Shown here: positions 50,548 to 60,750 of the stretch, piece after piece
Layout: each line of letters opens with the position of its first letter
Numbering within the stretch: position 1 is the first letter of the stretch
Assembly (NCBI GenBank): GCA_963674965.2
Contig: CAXXFL010000002.1
Span: 320,001-384,000 of the forward strand
DNA: 64,000 nt
Reading direction: 5' to 3'
Source of the DNA: a bacterium
GTDB taxonomy: Bacteria > RBG-13-61-14 > DATKZS01
Program-made: the position numbers and the translations under genes
The notes under the pieces: generated by a model
What the model was told of the DNA's origin: nothing
Seen by the model: only the letters and a program-made list of their open reading frames with translations
Databases searched by the model: none

Positions 50548-51173
50548 AAGAGAAAGCCAAGGCCCCGGAAAAAAACGGTCCCGGCGAAGATAGCAAGTCC
50601 GGTGAAAGGGAAATTCTCATTACGGGGTTCGGCGGACAGGGCATAGTCCTGACCGGAAAAATCCTGGGACAGGCCGCCGCCTTGAAGGACAACCTTCACG
50701 CGTCCCTTACCCAGTCCTATGGGCCCGAGGCCAGGGGCGGGTCTTGCTCGGCCCAGGTCATGCTGAGCGAGGAGGAAATCCTCTTTCCCTACGTCGAGTC
50801 GCCCGAGGTGCTCATCGCCATGAGCCAGGAGGGCTACGATAAAAACGTGGGCAACTTGAGAAAAAACGGACTCCTTATCTGGGACACGGACCTGGTTAAA
50901 ACCGGCGCGCATAACTCGAGCTGGACGACTTACGACGTGCCGGCCACCCGCTTCGCCGAGGAACTGGGCAACAAGATGATGGCCAACATCGTCATGCTCG
51001 GGTTCGTCTGCGCCGTCAGCGACCTGGTCAATCCCGAGTCCTTGCGGGAGACCGTGCTCTCGACCGTCCCTCCCCAAACCGTCGAGAAAAACTCCGCGGC
51101 CTTCGACCGGGGAAGGGAATACGGCGGAGAGATATTGAAAAGCAGGGCCAAACGGGAGAGGAACCAGGATTGA
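50544..51173 (+). CDS. korC: 2-oxoacid:ferredoxin oxidoreductase gamma subunit
   Basis: GFGGQG, QSYGPEARGG, NIVMLG. Confidence 0.92.
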   Translation: MKEKAKAPEKNGPGEDSKSGEREILITGFGGQGIVLTGKILGQAAALKDNLHASLTQSYGPEARGGSCSAQVMLSEEEILFPYVESPEVLIAMSQEGYDKNVGNLRKNGLLIWDTDLVKTGAHNSSWTTYDVPATRFAEELGNKMMANIVMLGFVCAVSDLVNPESLRETVLSTVPPQTVEKNSAAFDRGREYGGEILKSRAKRERNQD

Positions 51174-54100
51174 CCATGACCGGAAGCGCGAAAAAAGATG
51201 CGCCCCCCAAGGCCGTGCTCATAGCCGGCGCGGGCTACGGCGCCCTCAAGGCGGCCCAGGACCTGGCCGAGGCCGGCATACCCGTGGCCTGGGTTACCAG
51301 GTCGAGACACTTCCTCGAGCTGCCCGGCGGCGTCATGGACTTCGTCGAGCTTCCCATAGACCTAAACTTCCAGTTCCGCCCCCTTTACCTCCGCGTGACC
51401 CGGCACCCACTCGTGACTCCTCTTCCCCGGTCCCGCGTCGAGAAGATCGAGAAAACCTCCAAGGGCTTCCGCGTGGACGTCTACCAGGAGCCACAATACA
51501 TCGATTACGACCTCTGCACCGGGTGCGGAAAGTGCATCGAGGTATGCCCCCTTAACGAGAGCGGGCGCCCGCCCCTGACCAGGAGCCCCGCCTATTGCCC
51601 GTCCCGCGCCCTCGAGATGGACAAGCGCGTCGTCAGCCAGTGCCGCGTAACCTGTCCCCTGGGCCTTAACGTCCAGGCTTACATGGCGCTGACCGCGGCG
51701 GGTCGGTTCGACGAGGCCCTGGCGGTCATCAAGGCGGACAACCCTCTTCCTGGCATTTGCGGCCGCGTTTGCCACCACCCTTGCGAGGAGGCCTGCAGGA
51801 GGAGCGAGTTGGACCAGCCCCTCGCCATTCGGGACGTGAAGAGGTTCCTCGCCGACCGCGAGGCCGAAAAGGGCGACCCCACTTTCGCCGGGTCGGAAAA
51901 TCCGAGAAGAGGAAAAAGCGTGGCCGTTATCGGGTCGGGTCCGTCCGGACTTTCGGCGGCCCACTTCCTCAACCGGGAGGGCTTCGACGTCACGGTCTTT
52001 GAGGCCCTGCCCCAGGCGGGAGGTATGCTGCGGGCCGGCATCAACGCCTTCCGTCTTCCCAGGAAGGTTCTGGACGCGGAGATCAGGGCCATCGAGGCCT
52101 CGGGAGTAAGGATCAAGGTCAACAACCGGATCGCGGACGTTAACGACCTCTTCGAGCGCGGGTTCGACGCCGTCCTGGTCGCGACCGGGACCCACCGCGA
52201 CCGCTCCCTTGCCATACCCGGAGAGGACCTCCGGGGCATTGTCCATTGCGTCAAGTTCCTCTCCCGCGTCAACCTGGCCGGGGAAGGAGAAGTCGGAAAA
52301 AAGACCGTCGTTATCGGCGCGGGCAACTCGGCCATGGACGCGGCCAGGACCGCGCTCCGCCTGGGCGCCGGGGAAGTGACCGTGCTCGCCATCGAGCGCG
52401 AGCACGAGATGCCGGCCAACCCCCGCGAGGTAAGGGAGGCCTCGGAGGAGGGAGTGGAATTCAGGCTCGGCGCCGCCCCCATCGCCTTCGAGGGCGAGGG
52501 ATCGGTCAAGCGGATCGTCTGCCGGCCGGCCCATTGGGAGCATGACGAGGGCTGCGGCCTCCGGATAGTCCACGACTCGGAGGAAACCTTCGTCCTCGAG
52601 GCGGACACCGTCATCGTGGCCATCGGACAGGCCCCTCATTTGTCCGAGTGCGGCCTTGACCAGTCCTTCGAGACCGACCGGGGCGGAAGGGTCGTGGTCG
52701 ACCAGTCGTGCAGGACCACTCGTGAAAAGGTCTTCGCCGCCGGAGACGTGGTAACCGGGCCGTCCACCGTGGTGGGTTCCATGGCCGCGGGCAGAAGAGC
52801 GGCCGGCCGGATAATCGAGTGCCTCACGGGCGAGCCTTCTCCCTTTATCGAGATCGACGCTCCCGAGTGCCGGGGCGTGGGCCAGGCGGAGGACATCTCC
52901 GAGGACCTGGCCAGGAAATACAGGCCCGAGATGGCCCAGCGGCAGCCCAAGGTCCGGCGGCGCGACTTCGAGGAGGTGGACTTCGGCTATACCGAGGACC
53001 AGGCTGTGGCCGAGGCTTCGCGTTGCCTTCAGTGCGGGGTCTGCTGCGAGTGCAGGTCCTGTGAGGACGCCTGCCGCGATATAGGGGCCATCGACCATTT
53101 CAGGCCGCCCAGACGACTCGAGTTCCTTTGTCCATCCATAGTGGTGGCGGACAAAAATGAAATACCCGACCTGGGAATAATGAAGGATGAGGACGTCTTC
53201 GAGGCCGGAGGGTTCAAGAAAAAAACCGACGTCCTGGACGTGATGGTCGCGGGAAGCGCGGTGGCCGGTCAGGCCATGACCAGGGCCGTCGGAGCCAGGG
53301 TGACCGGGACTTACGAAAAGTCCCAAGCGGTCATGTTCGAGGACTCGGACAAGCTGGGCTTCTTCCTTTGTTCCTGCAACGGCTCCATGGCCCCTCCCGG
53401 CGTCATCGACAAGATCGTCGAGAGGGTCAAAAGAATCCCCGACGTTTTCCATAGCGACAAGGTATTGTCCATCTGCCATCCCGATGGGGCGACCCGCATA
53501 GCCGAGGCGGTCAGGGAACACGGGCTGTCCCGGGTGATCATCGCCTCGTGCATGTGCTGTCCCCTCGAGTTCAACTGCATATCCTGCAACGACCAGAAGA
53601 CAAGGGCCAGGATAAACCTCTTCGATAAGATGGGCATGGAGCGCGGCCGCTTCGAGATGATCAATCTTCGCGACCTTCTCGTTCGCGGCGAGATGACCGA
53701 GGACGAGACGGTCGACCGGGGCATGCAGCTCCTTCGAGGGTCTTTCATCCGGGCCAAGCTGATAGGGCCTCTCAGGAGCGGAGTCACCGAGATCGGCAAG
53801 AACATCGTAATCCTTGGCGGGTCGGACGTGGGTCTTGGCTGCGCCCTTAACCTCGATATCCAGGGCTTTAAAGTAAGATTGGCCCATCGGTGCCGCCTGG
53901 ACGGAAAGGATCTTCCCACCGCCGTCGCGGAAAGAAAGGTTGACGTAGGCCTGGGCAAGTCTATAAAACACGTCGTGGACGCGACGATCAAGGAAATCCG
54001 TGGACAACTGGGCGACTATACGGTCTTGGCCGAGGTGGACGGGGTCAAAAAACGCTGGAAAGCCGACGTGGTCTGCCTTACCGACGAGCACCTTATTCCA

Positions 54101-54550
54101 CTGGCCATCAAGGAGGACATGGAGGGATTGAGGAAGGTCTACCGCTACGACTTCTCCTTTTTCCATACCCCTCAGGCCGGACTTTTCAGGGTCATGCCCC
54201 GCACGCTGAACCGCGTGAGCGCCTTCGAGGCGGGCGCGGCCCTGGCCGCCCAGGTGGCACGGACCGCCGCCGAGGCCTTCCTTCGCGACCATCAGCTAAG
54301 CCCCAGGGTCGACCCGGAAATATGCCGGGGATGCGGAAGGTGCGTCGAGATTTGCCCCTTCAACGCCATCGAGCTCCTTCCCAACGCCGACGAGACCTAC
54401 ACGGCCAGGGTGATAAGGCACAACTGCGTGGGCTGCGGCGGGTGCGTGGGCCGTTGTCCGGTGACGGCCATGGACATGCCCTATTACTCGAACGACATCC
54501 TGGACCAGATCGTGTGGGGAACCATTACCGAGGAGCGGCTTGATGGATAA
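51170..54550 (+). CDS. HdrL-like flavoprotein: degenerate HdrA parts around a GltD/NfnB-like module, plus ferredoxin domains
   Basis: CGRVCHHPCEEAC, IGSGPSG, IGAGNSAMD, FAAGDVVTGP, EASRCLQC, FFLCSCNG, EMINLRD, two terminal CxxCxxCxxxCP. Confidence 0.8.
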   Translation: MTMTGSAKKDAPPKAVLIAGAGYGALKAAQDLAEAGIPVAWVTRSRHFLELPGGVMDFVELPIDLNFQFRPLYLRVTRHPLVTPLPRSRVEKIEKTSKGFRVDVYQEPQYIDYDLCTGCGKCIEVCPLNESGRPPLTRSPAYCPSRALEMDKRVVSQCRVTCPLGLNVQAYMALTAAGRFDEALAVIKADNPLPGICGRVCHHPCEEACRRSELDQPLAIRDVKRFLADREAEKGDPTFAGSENPRRGKSVAVIGSGPSGLSAAHFLNREGFDVTVFEALPQAGGMLRAGINAFRLPRKVLDAEIRAIEASGVRIKVNNRIADVNDLFERGFDAVLVATGTHRDRSLAIPGEDLRGIVHCVKFLSRVNLAGEGEVGKKTVVIGAGNSAMDAARTALRLGAGEVTVLAIEREHEMPANPREVREASEEGVEFRLGAAPIAFEGEGSVKRIVCRPAHWEHDEGCGLRIVHDSEETFVLEADTVIVAIGQAPHLSECGLDQSFETDRGGRVVVDQSCRTTREKVFAAGDVVTGPSTVVGSMAAGRRAAGRIIECLTGEPSPFIEIDAPECRGVGQAEDISEDLARKYRPEMAQRQPKVRRRDFEEVDFGYTEDQAVAEASRCLQCGVCCECRSCEDACRDIGAIDHFRPPRRLEFLCPSIVVADKNEIPDLGIMKDEDVFEAGGFKKKTDVLDVMVAGSAVAGQAMTRAVGARVTGTYEKSQAVMFEDSDKLGFFLCSCNGSMAPPGVIDKIVERVKRIPDVFHSDKVLSICHPDGATRIAEAVREHGLSRVIIASCMCCPLEFNCISCNDQKTRARINLFDKMGMERGRFEMINLRDLLVRGEMTEDETVDRGMQLLRGSFIRAKLIGPLRSGVTEIGKNIVILGGSDVGLGCALNLDIQGFKVRLAHRCRLDGKDLPTAVAERKVDVGLGKSIKHVVDATIKEIRGQLGDYTVLAEVDGVKKRWKADVVCLTDEHLIPLAIKEDMEGLRKVYRYDFSFFHTPQAGLFRVMPRTLNRVSAFEAGAALAAQVARTAAEAFLRDHQLSPRVDPEICRGCGRCVEICPFNAIELLPNADETYTARVIRHNCVGCGGCVGRCPVTAMDMPYYSNDILDQIVWGTITEERLDG

Positions 54551-54995
54551 AGATTTAAACCTGCTTGGAATCTGCTGCAACTGGAACCCCTACGCCTGTT
54601 ACAGCGCGGCCAGCCGGGCCAACCTTCCCATGCCCCGGAACTTCAGGCTCATGCGCGTCATGTGCATAGGAAGGATCAACCAGGCCCTTATCCTGCGGGC
54701 CTTCGAGATGGGGGCCGACGGCGTGATCCTGCTCGAGTGCAAGGACGAGGACTGCCGTTACGGTCCGGGTCCGGAGATGGGTCATACCAACGTAAGGCGC
54801 GTTAGAAAAATCCTCGAGCTTTTGGGTATCGGCCAGGAGCGCCTGGTCGAGCGGCAGTTCTCGGCCCATGAAAAGGAGGAACTGGCGAGCTCTCTTTGGT
54901 CCTTCGCCGAGGAAATCGCGCGGCTGGGGCCCAATCCGGCCAAGCCCAGGCAGGAACGGGAAAGACAACAAGCCATCAAGCGGGAAGCCGTATGA
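54543..54995 (+). CDS. mvhD: MvhD-like [2Fe-2S] subunit
   Basis: CCNW, RVMCIGR, GADGV, C...DCRY. Confidence 0.85.
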   Translation: MDKDLNLLGICCNWNPYACYSAASRANLPMPRNFRLMRVMCIGRINQALILRAFEMGADGVILLECKDEDCRYGPGPEMGHTNVRRVRKILELLGIGQERLVERQFSAHEKEELASSLWSFAEEIARLGPNPAKPRQERERQQAIKREAV

Positions 54996-56161
54996 GTTTA
55001 AAAGACCCCAGAATAGACAAGATGATCGGGGACAACTCCCTGTACATGTGCCTCGAGTGCGGCAAGTGCTCGGCCTCGTGCCCCAGGATGCTCACGGGCA
55101 AGGAATACTCGCCCCGCCTCCTGGCCCACAAGCTGATCGCCGAGAGGAACGACGAGGCCTTTATCGAGAACTCCGTCTGGGAGTGCCTCACCTGCGGCCT
55201 TTGCGAGGAAAGGTGCCCCTCCGGCGTGGCGGTCAGTAACTTTATCCTCGAGATGAGGACCCTTTTGGCCGGGTCCAAGGGCCTCAAGGGCTACAGGGCC
55301 CACGACGGCGCGCTCCATAGCTGGATGCGCATGATGACCTCGCCGGAAATGGAACAGGACAGGCTCGGATGGCTGACGCCAGAGCTCAAGACGCGGGAAA
55401 AAGGTCCCGTCGCCTACTTCGTCGGGTGCGCCCCCTATTTCGACGTGTTCTTCGCCGGCATTCAAGTGGACACCCTGTCGATCGCCAGATCGAGCGTGAA
55501 GCTCCTTAACTTTTTCGATATCGAGCCGGTGCTTCTTAAAAACGAGCGCTGCTGCGGTCACGACCTTTTATGGACGGGCGACCGGGACAATTTCGAGACC
55601 CTTTGCCGCCTCAACTACGCGGAGCTTAAGTCCGCGGGGGTGGAGGAGGTCATACTCAGCTGTCCCGAGGGGTATCTGGTATTTTCCAAGTACATGCCCA
55701 AGGTTATCCCCGAGTTCGACCTCAAGGTCACCTTCCTTTTGAACATGGTGGCGGAGGAAATGTATCGGGGCGGCAAGGCCTTCAAACCCCTGAGGCGCAA
55801 GGTAACCTATCACGACCCGTGCCGCCTGAGCAGGAAGGCCGGCATCGTCGAGGAGCCGAGGAAACTCCTCGGCATGGTGCCCGAGTTAAGCCTTAGGGAA
55901 ATGGAAAGCTGGGGAAAAAGCTCCCTTTGCTGCGGCAACAACGGGTTCATCAACTGCGACGCCTACTCGAAGAAAATCCAGGTGGAAAGGATCAAGCAGG
56001 CCCGGGCCACGCGGGCGGAGGCCATGGTGACGGCCTGTCCCAAGTGCATGATCCACCTGACCTGCGCCATGCGCGACCCGGTGAGAAGAGGAAGCGACCG
56101 CAAACTGGAAATAGTTGACCTCATCACGCTCCTGGCCGAGCGGATCGAGTATAAAGGATAG
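54992..56161 (+). CDS. HdrD-like Fe-S / CCG-domain protein
   Basis: [24 protein letters not shown], two CCG motifs, YHDPCRL, TACPKC. Confidence 0.88.
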   Translation: MSLKDPRIDKMIGDNSLYMCLECGKCSASCPRMLTGKEYSPRLLAHKLIAERNDEAFIENSVWECLTCGLCEERCPSGVAVSNFILEMRTLLAGSKGLKGYRAHDGALHSWMRMMTSPEMEQDRLGWLTPELKTREKGPVAYFVGCAPYFDVFFAGIQVDTLSIARSSVKLLNFFDIEPVLLKNERCCGHDLLWTGDRDNFETLCRLNYAELKSAGVEEVILSCPEGYLVFSKYMPKVIPEFDLKVTFLLNMVAEEMYRGGKAFKPLRRKVTYHDPCRLSRKAGIVEEPRKLLGMVPELSLREMESWGKSSLCCGNNGFINCDAYSKKIQVERIKQARATRAEAMVTACPKCMIHLTCAMRDPVRRGSDRKLEIVDLITLLAERIEYKG

Positions 56162-56183
56162 ATTTAAAATAAAAGGAGACGCC

Positions 56184-58655
56184 ATGCAAGGGCAAAGATC
56201 GAACGACGAAATCCGCGTTGGCGTGTACGTATGCCATTGCGGATTGAACATCGCCGGCACGGTGGACTGCCAGGCCGTGGCCGAATACGGTGAGGGTCTG
56301 CCCAACGTCGTATTGTCGCGCCACAACGCCTACACCTGCTCGGAGACGGGCCAGGCCCTGATCAAGCAGGACATAGCCGAGCACGGCCTTAACCGGGTGG
56401 TCGTGGCCGCCTGCTCTCCGCGTCTGCACGAGCCGACCTTTCGGCAGTGCGTGGCCGAGGCCGGCCTCAACCCCTACCTGTTCGAGATGGCCAACATCCG
56501 GGAGCAGTGCTCCTGGGTCCATCACCACGACAAGGAGGGGGCCACCGAGAAGGCCAAGGACCTCCTGCGTTCCGCCGTGGCCAAGGTCTCGAGACTGAGG
56601 GCGCGTCAGGACCTCGAGGTCCCCATTACCAGGTCCACCCTGGTCATCGGGGGAGGAATTGCCGGAATACAGGCCGCGCTCGATCTGGCGGACTCGGGCT
56701 ACAAGGTGATACTGGTGGAAAAACAGCCGAGCATAGGAGGAATCATGGCCAGGTTGGATAAGACGTTTCCAACTCTGGACTGCTCGATATGAATTTTGGG
56801 TCCAAAAATGACCGATGCCGGTCGGCATCCAAACATCACTCTGTTGACGCTTAGCGAGGTCAAATCCATCACCGGGTACGTGGGCAATTTCCACGTCCGC
56901 GTGATCAAGAAGGCGAGGTACGTAAAGGAAAAGGACTGCACCGCCTGCGGCGACTGCGTGGCCGAGTGCCCCGTGGTCGTGCCCGACGAGTTCGACATGG
57001 GACTCGCCTCGAGGAAGGCCATTTACCAGGCCTTTCCCCAGGCCGTTCCCTCGGCCTACCTGATCGACATCGAGCACTGCCTGGGCAACAACCCCATCAT
57101 CTGCGGCAAGTGCGTGCAAAGGTGCGAGAAGAACTGCATCGACTTCGACATGAACGACGAGGAGTTGACCTTCGAGGTCGGGTCCGTCATCGTGGCCACC
57201 GGGCTCGAGACCTACGACCCCACCCAACTCGACGAGTACGGCTACACCCGTTACGACAACGTTCTGACCAGCATGGAGCTCGAGCGGCTCATCAACGCCG
57301 GCGGCCCCACCCAGGGCGAGGTCATCCGCCTGAGCGACCGCGAGGTACCCGGGTCGGTGGGCTTCATCCAGTGCGTGGGGTCCCGCTCGACCCGGCGCGG
57401 CGCTCCCTATTGCTCGAACGTGTGCTGCATGAACACCATCAAGTGCACGATCATGCTCAAGGAGCATTATCCCGATATCGAGGTCAAGGTTTTCTATATC
57501 GACGTCCGGGCCTTCGGCAAGGGCTTCGAGGACCTTTTCCGCCGGAGCAAGGCCCTGGGGGTCCAGTACATCCGCGGTCTTCCCGGCTCGATCCACGAGG
57601 ACAAGAAGAGCCGGAATCTGGTCCTCACGGTCGAGAACACGGCCACCAACAAGCTCGAGAAACACGAGGTCGAGATGGCGGTGCTGGCCGTGGGCGTGAA
57701 GCCCCCCGAGGACATGAAAAGCATCCAGGAAATGCTGGCCCTGCAAAAAAGCTCGGACGGCTTCTACCTGGAGGCCCACCCCAAACTCCAGCCGGTGGAC
57801 GCGGCCACGCGGGGAATTTTCTTCGCCGGCTGCGCCGAGGGCCCCAAGGACATCAAGGACTCGGTTACCCAGGCCTCGGCCTCGGCGGCCCGGGCCATGC
57901 GGATGATGAACCCGGGCAGGCTCAAGGTCGAGGCCATCACCGCCGAGGTCGATCCCAACGAGTGCACCTCATGCGGCATATGCGCCAGGGTCTGCCCCTA
58001 CAACGCCATCGAGGTGGATACCAGGAACAAGAGGCCGGCCCACGTGACCAGCGCCGCCTGCGCCGGATGCGGCACCTGCGCCGCCGCCTGCCCCCAGGAC
58101 GCCATCGAGATGCACCACTTTACCAACGACCAGATTCACGCGCAGATCGACTCGATCCTCGAGGAAAAACCCCTCGAGAGGATTTTGACCTTCGCCTGCA
58201 ACTGGTGCAGCTACGCCGGCGCCGACTTCGCCGGGGTCTCGAGACTTCAGTACCCGGCCAACGCCAGGCTGATAAGGACCATGTGCTCGGGCCGGGTCTC
58301 GGAGGACTTCATCTGGAGGGCCTTCGGAAAGGGCGCCCCCGTCGTCCTCGTCAGCGGATGCCACATAGGAGACTGCCACTATATCGACGCCAACCACTGG
58401 ACCGAGAAGCGGGTGAACAAGGTCTGGAAGAAAATGGAAAAGCTGGGCATAAGGCCCGAGCGGCTCCAGCTCGAGTGGGTCAGCGCCGCCGAGGGCGTAA
58501 GGTGGCAGGAGGTCATGAAGCGGGTCGAGGAAATAAGACAAAGCGTGACGCCCGAGGAGGTGGCCGAGACCAAGAGGATACTCGAGGAGCAAAAGGAAAA
58601 AAGGGAAAAACAGGGCGACGAGAGCATCGAGGATCAGCCCTCCGCCGGGGCGTGA
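56184..58655 (+). CDS. hdrA: HdrA-MvhD fusion, selenoprotein (in-frame UGA at 56790-56792)
   Basis: [32 protein letters not shown][TGA]ILGPKM in one frame, QCVGSR, CSNVCC, C-terminal [10 protein letters not shown] / CSGRV / GCHIGDCHY. Confidence 0.92.
56793..56833 (+). promoter_or_regulatory. Bacterial SECIS-like hairpin
   Basis: GATGCC-GGTC-GGCATC at 56814-56829, with possible TTTGG/CCAAA lower stem, just 3' of the UGA. Confidence 0.7.
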
Positions 58656-58675
58656 TCCGACCCGTTGACAAACGG

Positions 58676-58712
58676 GCCGCGGGAGGCGTTAAAGTCCCCC
58701 GCGGCCTTTTTC
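58676..58712 (+). terminator. Terminator after hdrA
   Basis: GGCCGCGGG...CCCGCGGCC followed by TTTTTT. Confidence 0.75.
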
Positions 58713-58723
58713 ATGGGACCAGA

Positions 58724-59737
58724 TTATATTCTTACCGGGACCTCGTCGTAGGTCTTTCTTTCCACGAACTCGGCGGCGCAAGCATTTGCGCTCGTCAAGG
58801 TCCCCAGCTCGGACCCGCCCGGACCCATCAGCTTAAGCTTGATACCCGCCACCTTGCCGTTATTGCACCAGAGCTTTGCCCCGTCGGGGTCGGTATAGGT
58901 CACGGCCACCATGTCCCGGGGCTCGATCGAAACCTGACCTACCATTTTCATGCCGCCGGTCTCGGCCTCGAAAGTCCAGTCGCCCAGTCTCCACGAGCTA
59001 TTATTGGCCGCGATCCGGCCTATCGAGTTGAAGTAATAATCCCGGCCTTCATGTCGCAGGTAAAAAAGGGCCAAGCGCGGGCTTTTAAAAGGGCCGACTT
59101 TTATCTGGCTGTCCAGCCCCTCCCATATGGCGCCTTCATCCTCCTCGAAGGCGTTGCAATGTCCCCAGGCCCAGTTCAGGGCGTGCTTCGTGCCCCAGAT
59201 ATGGGTCTGCTGGCCCGGCGCGTTTTTGAACTCGATCGTCCTGCCGCTGGCCATGACCCGGCCCGTGAAGCGGCCATCCTCGTGGGGAGAGAGCACCTTG
59301 GTCTTGGGAAAAGCCGCCTTGTACATCCAGGGATATGGGAAATGTTTGAAGGTCGGACCGCTCGAGTCGAAACGAAAATCCCACTCGAGCGCGAGGCCCC
59401 TGGATTCGTCCTTTAACTCTCCCCGGCAGGAGCGCGCGTCCAGATGGGCCCCTCCAATCCTCATGTTAAAAGCGTCCCGGCCGGCTTCCAACTCGGAGAT
59501 GGGAAACCTGTTCTTTAAGGCGAAGTTTCTTTCCGGGTCGGCGGCGTCGAAGAAGATGCCCCACAGCTCACAATAAGGATCGCCTTGCCCGGGGACCGGA
59601 CTGGTCATGGTGTAGCGTATCCAATAGGCCGTGTCCGACGCCAGGTCGTTCCATTTAAGATAATAGACCTCGTACCAGCCCCGTCTCGATCCGTCCCATT
59701 TTAGGACGTTGTCCATCTCCTTCTCGGATATGACCAT
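58724..59737 (-). CDS. Tocopherol cyclase / AttH-like beta-barrel protein
   Basis: GWYEVYY, YWIRYT, THIWGTKHALNWAWGHCN, YTDPDG; Trp-rich. Confidence 0.6.
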   Translation of the reverse strand: MVISEKEMDNVLKWDGSRRGWYEVYYLKWNDLASDTAYWIRYTMTSPVPGQGDPYCELWGIFFDAADPERNFALKNRFPISELEAGRDAFNMRIGGAHLDARSCRGELKDESRGLALEWDFRFDSSGPTFKHFPYPWMYKAAFPKTKVLSPHEDGRFTGRVMASGRTIEFKNAPGQQTHIWGTKHALNWAWGHCNAFEEDEGAIWEGLDSQIKVGPFKSPRLALFYLRHEGRDYYFNSIGRIAANNSSWRLGDWTFEAETGGMKMVGQVSIEPRDMVAVTYTDPDGAKLWCNNGKVAGIKLKLMGPGGSELGTLTSANACAAEFVERKTYDEVPVRI

Positions 59738-59929
59738 GATTCCTCCTGAAAAGCCGTCGCGCTCGCTTGAAATTATAACAACGGGACGGACGGCGCGTAA
59801 AGCATATAAAGCGAGGGCCTATCTAAATTCGACGGGAGGCCGTGGCGGGACAGGCCTCGCGAATGCATGGACCTCGCTATATATGGTAGGATAAAAGACA
59901 ATGGATTGTGTCAGAAAAAGGGGGACCGG

Positions 59930-60337
59930 ATGATAACGGTGACGGTAAAAACCTCGAGGCGTCGTGAAATGGTTGACGTGACCGGCCATTTCAAGAAGGC
60001 GCTGGCGGACGCGGGAATGAAGAGCGGCCTGGCCCTGGCCTTCGTTCCTCACACCACCGCGGGTATCACCATAAACGAGAACGCGGACCCCGACGTGACC
60101 CGCGACGTCCTGGCCCATCTGGCCAAACTGGTACCGGCGAACGACGGCTTTCGCCACGCGGAGGGCAACTCGGACTCCCACATCCAGGCGAGCCTGGTGG
60201 GCAGCTCGGTGACGGTTATCGTGGAGGATGGCCGCCTGGTGCTGGGAACCTGGCAGTCGGTTTTTTTCTGCGAGTTCGACGGCCCCAGATCGAGGAACCT
60301 CCATATCGAGTTTGTCCCGCGGGGGGTGACGGCGTGA
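59930..60337 (+). CDS. yjbQ: YjbQ family (UPF0047)
   Basis: PHTTAGITINENADP, HAEGNSDSH, LGTWQ...EFDGPR. Confidence 0.93.
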   Translation: MITVTVKTSRRREMVDVTGHFKKALADAGMKSGLALAFVPHTTAGITINENADPDVTRDVLAHLAKLVPANDGFRHAEGNSDSHIQASLVGSSVTVIVEDGRLVLGTWQSVFFCEFDGPRSRNLHIEFVPRGVTA

Positions 60338-60750
60338 AGGACCGCCACGAGATAACCTACATGGTTTGCAGGCCTCATTGCAGGTTCTATCGGCCGGACG
60401 AAAAGGAGGAGTTGTCCTGCCAGGGATATAATTTCCTTCGCGAGCGCCTGCCCGAGGCCCTGGCCGTCGAGGTCGCCCGCGAGCAAAGCGGCATGGTCGC
60501 GCCTGGCCCGAGGATGAGCGAGGCGCTCAAGGAACTTGACTCGTCGCGTCCGCCCGACCATCTGGAGCACGATCCGAGGATCGAGGCCGTCATCTGCGCC
60601 CAGTGCGAGTTCAGGGCCGAGGACTGCGATTTCATGGGAGGCGAGGACATGCCCGACGCGGTACCCTGCGGCGGATACGTGCTGCTTGCCCGGCTGATCG
60701 AGGCCGGCGTGGAGGAAGTGGAGGCTTGGCTTAATGTCCCAGGAAGATAA
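60334..60750 (+). CDS. Cys-rich hypothetical protein
   Basis: CRPHCRFY..CQGY / CAQCEF..DCDF..PCGGY; coupled to both neighbours. Confidence 0.75.
   Translation: MKDRHEITYMVCRPHCRFYRPDEKEELSCQGYNFLRERLPEALAVEVAREQSGMVAPGPRMSEALKELDSSRPPDHLEHDPRIEAVICAQCEFRAEDCDFMGGEDMPDAVPCGGYVLLARLIEAGVEEVEAWLNVPGR

Noticed and set aside
51362-54292. 976-aa minus-strand ORF (likewise 45763-47220, 56124-57779, 56966-59416, 17268-18524, 30564-31652)
   Set aside because: Antisense or alternate-frame shadows of well-supported genes in GC-rich DNA; no recognisable motifs.
56790-56792. hdrA as a pseudogene or two genes
   Set aside because: The UGA aligns with a conserved Cys and is followed by a SECIS-like hairpin; both halves look intact.
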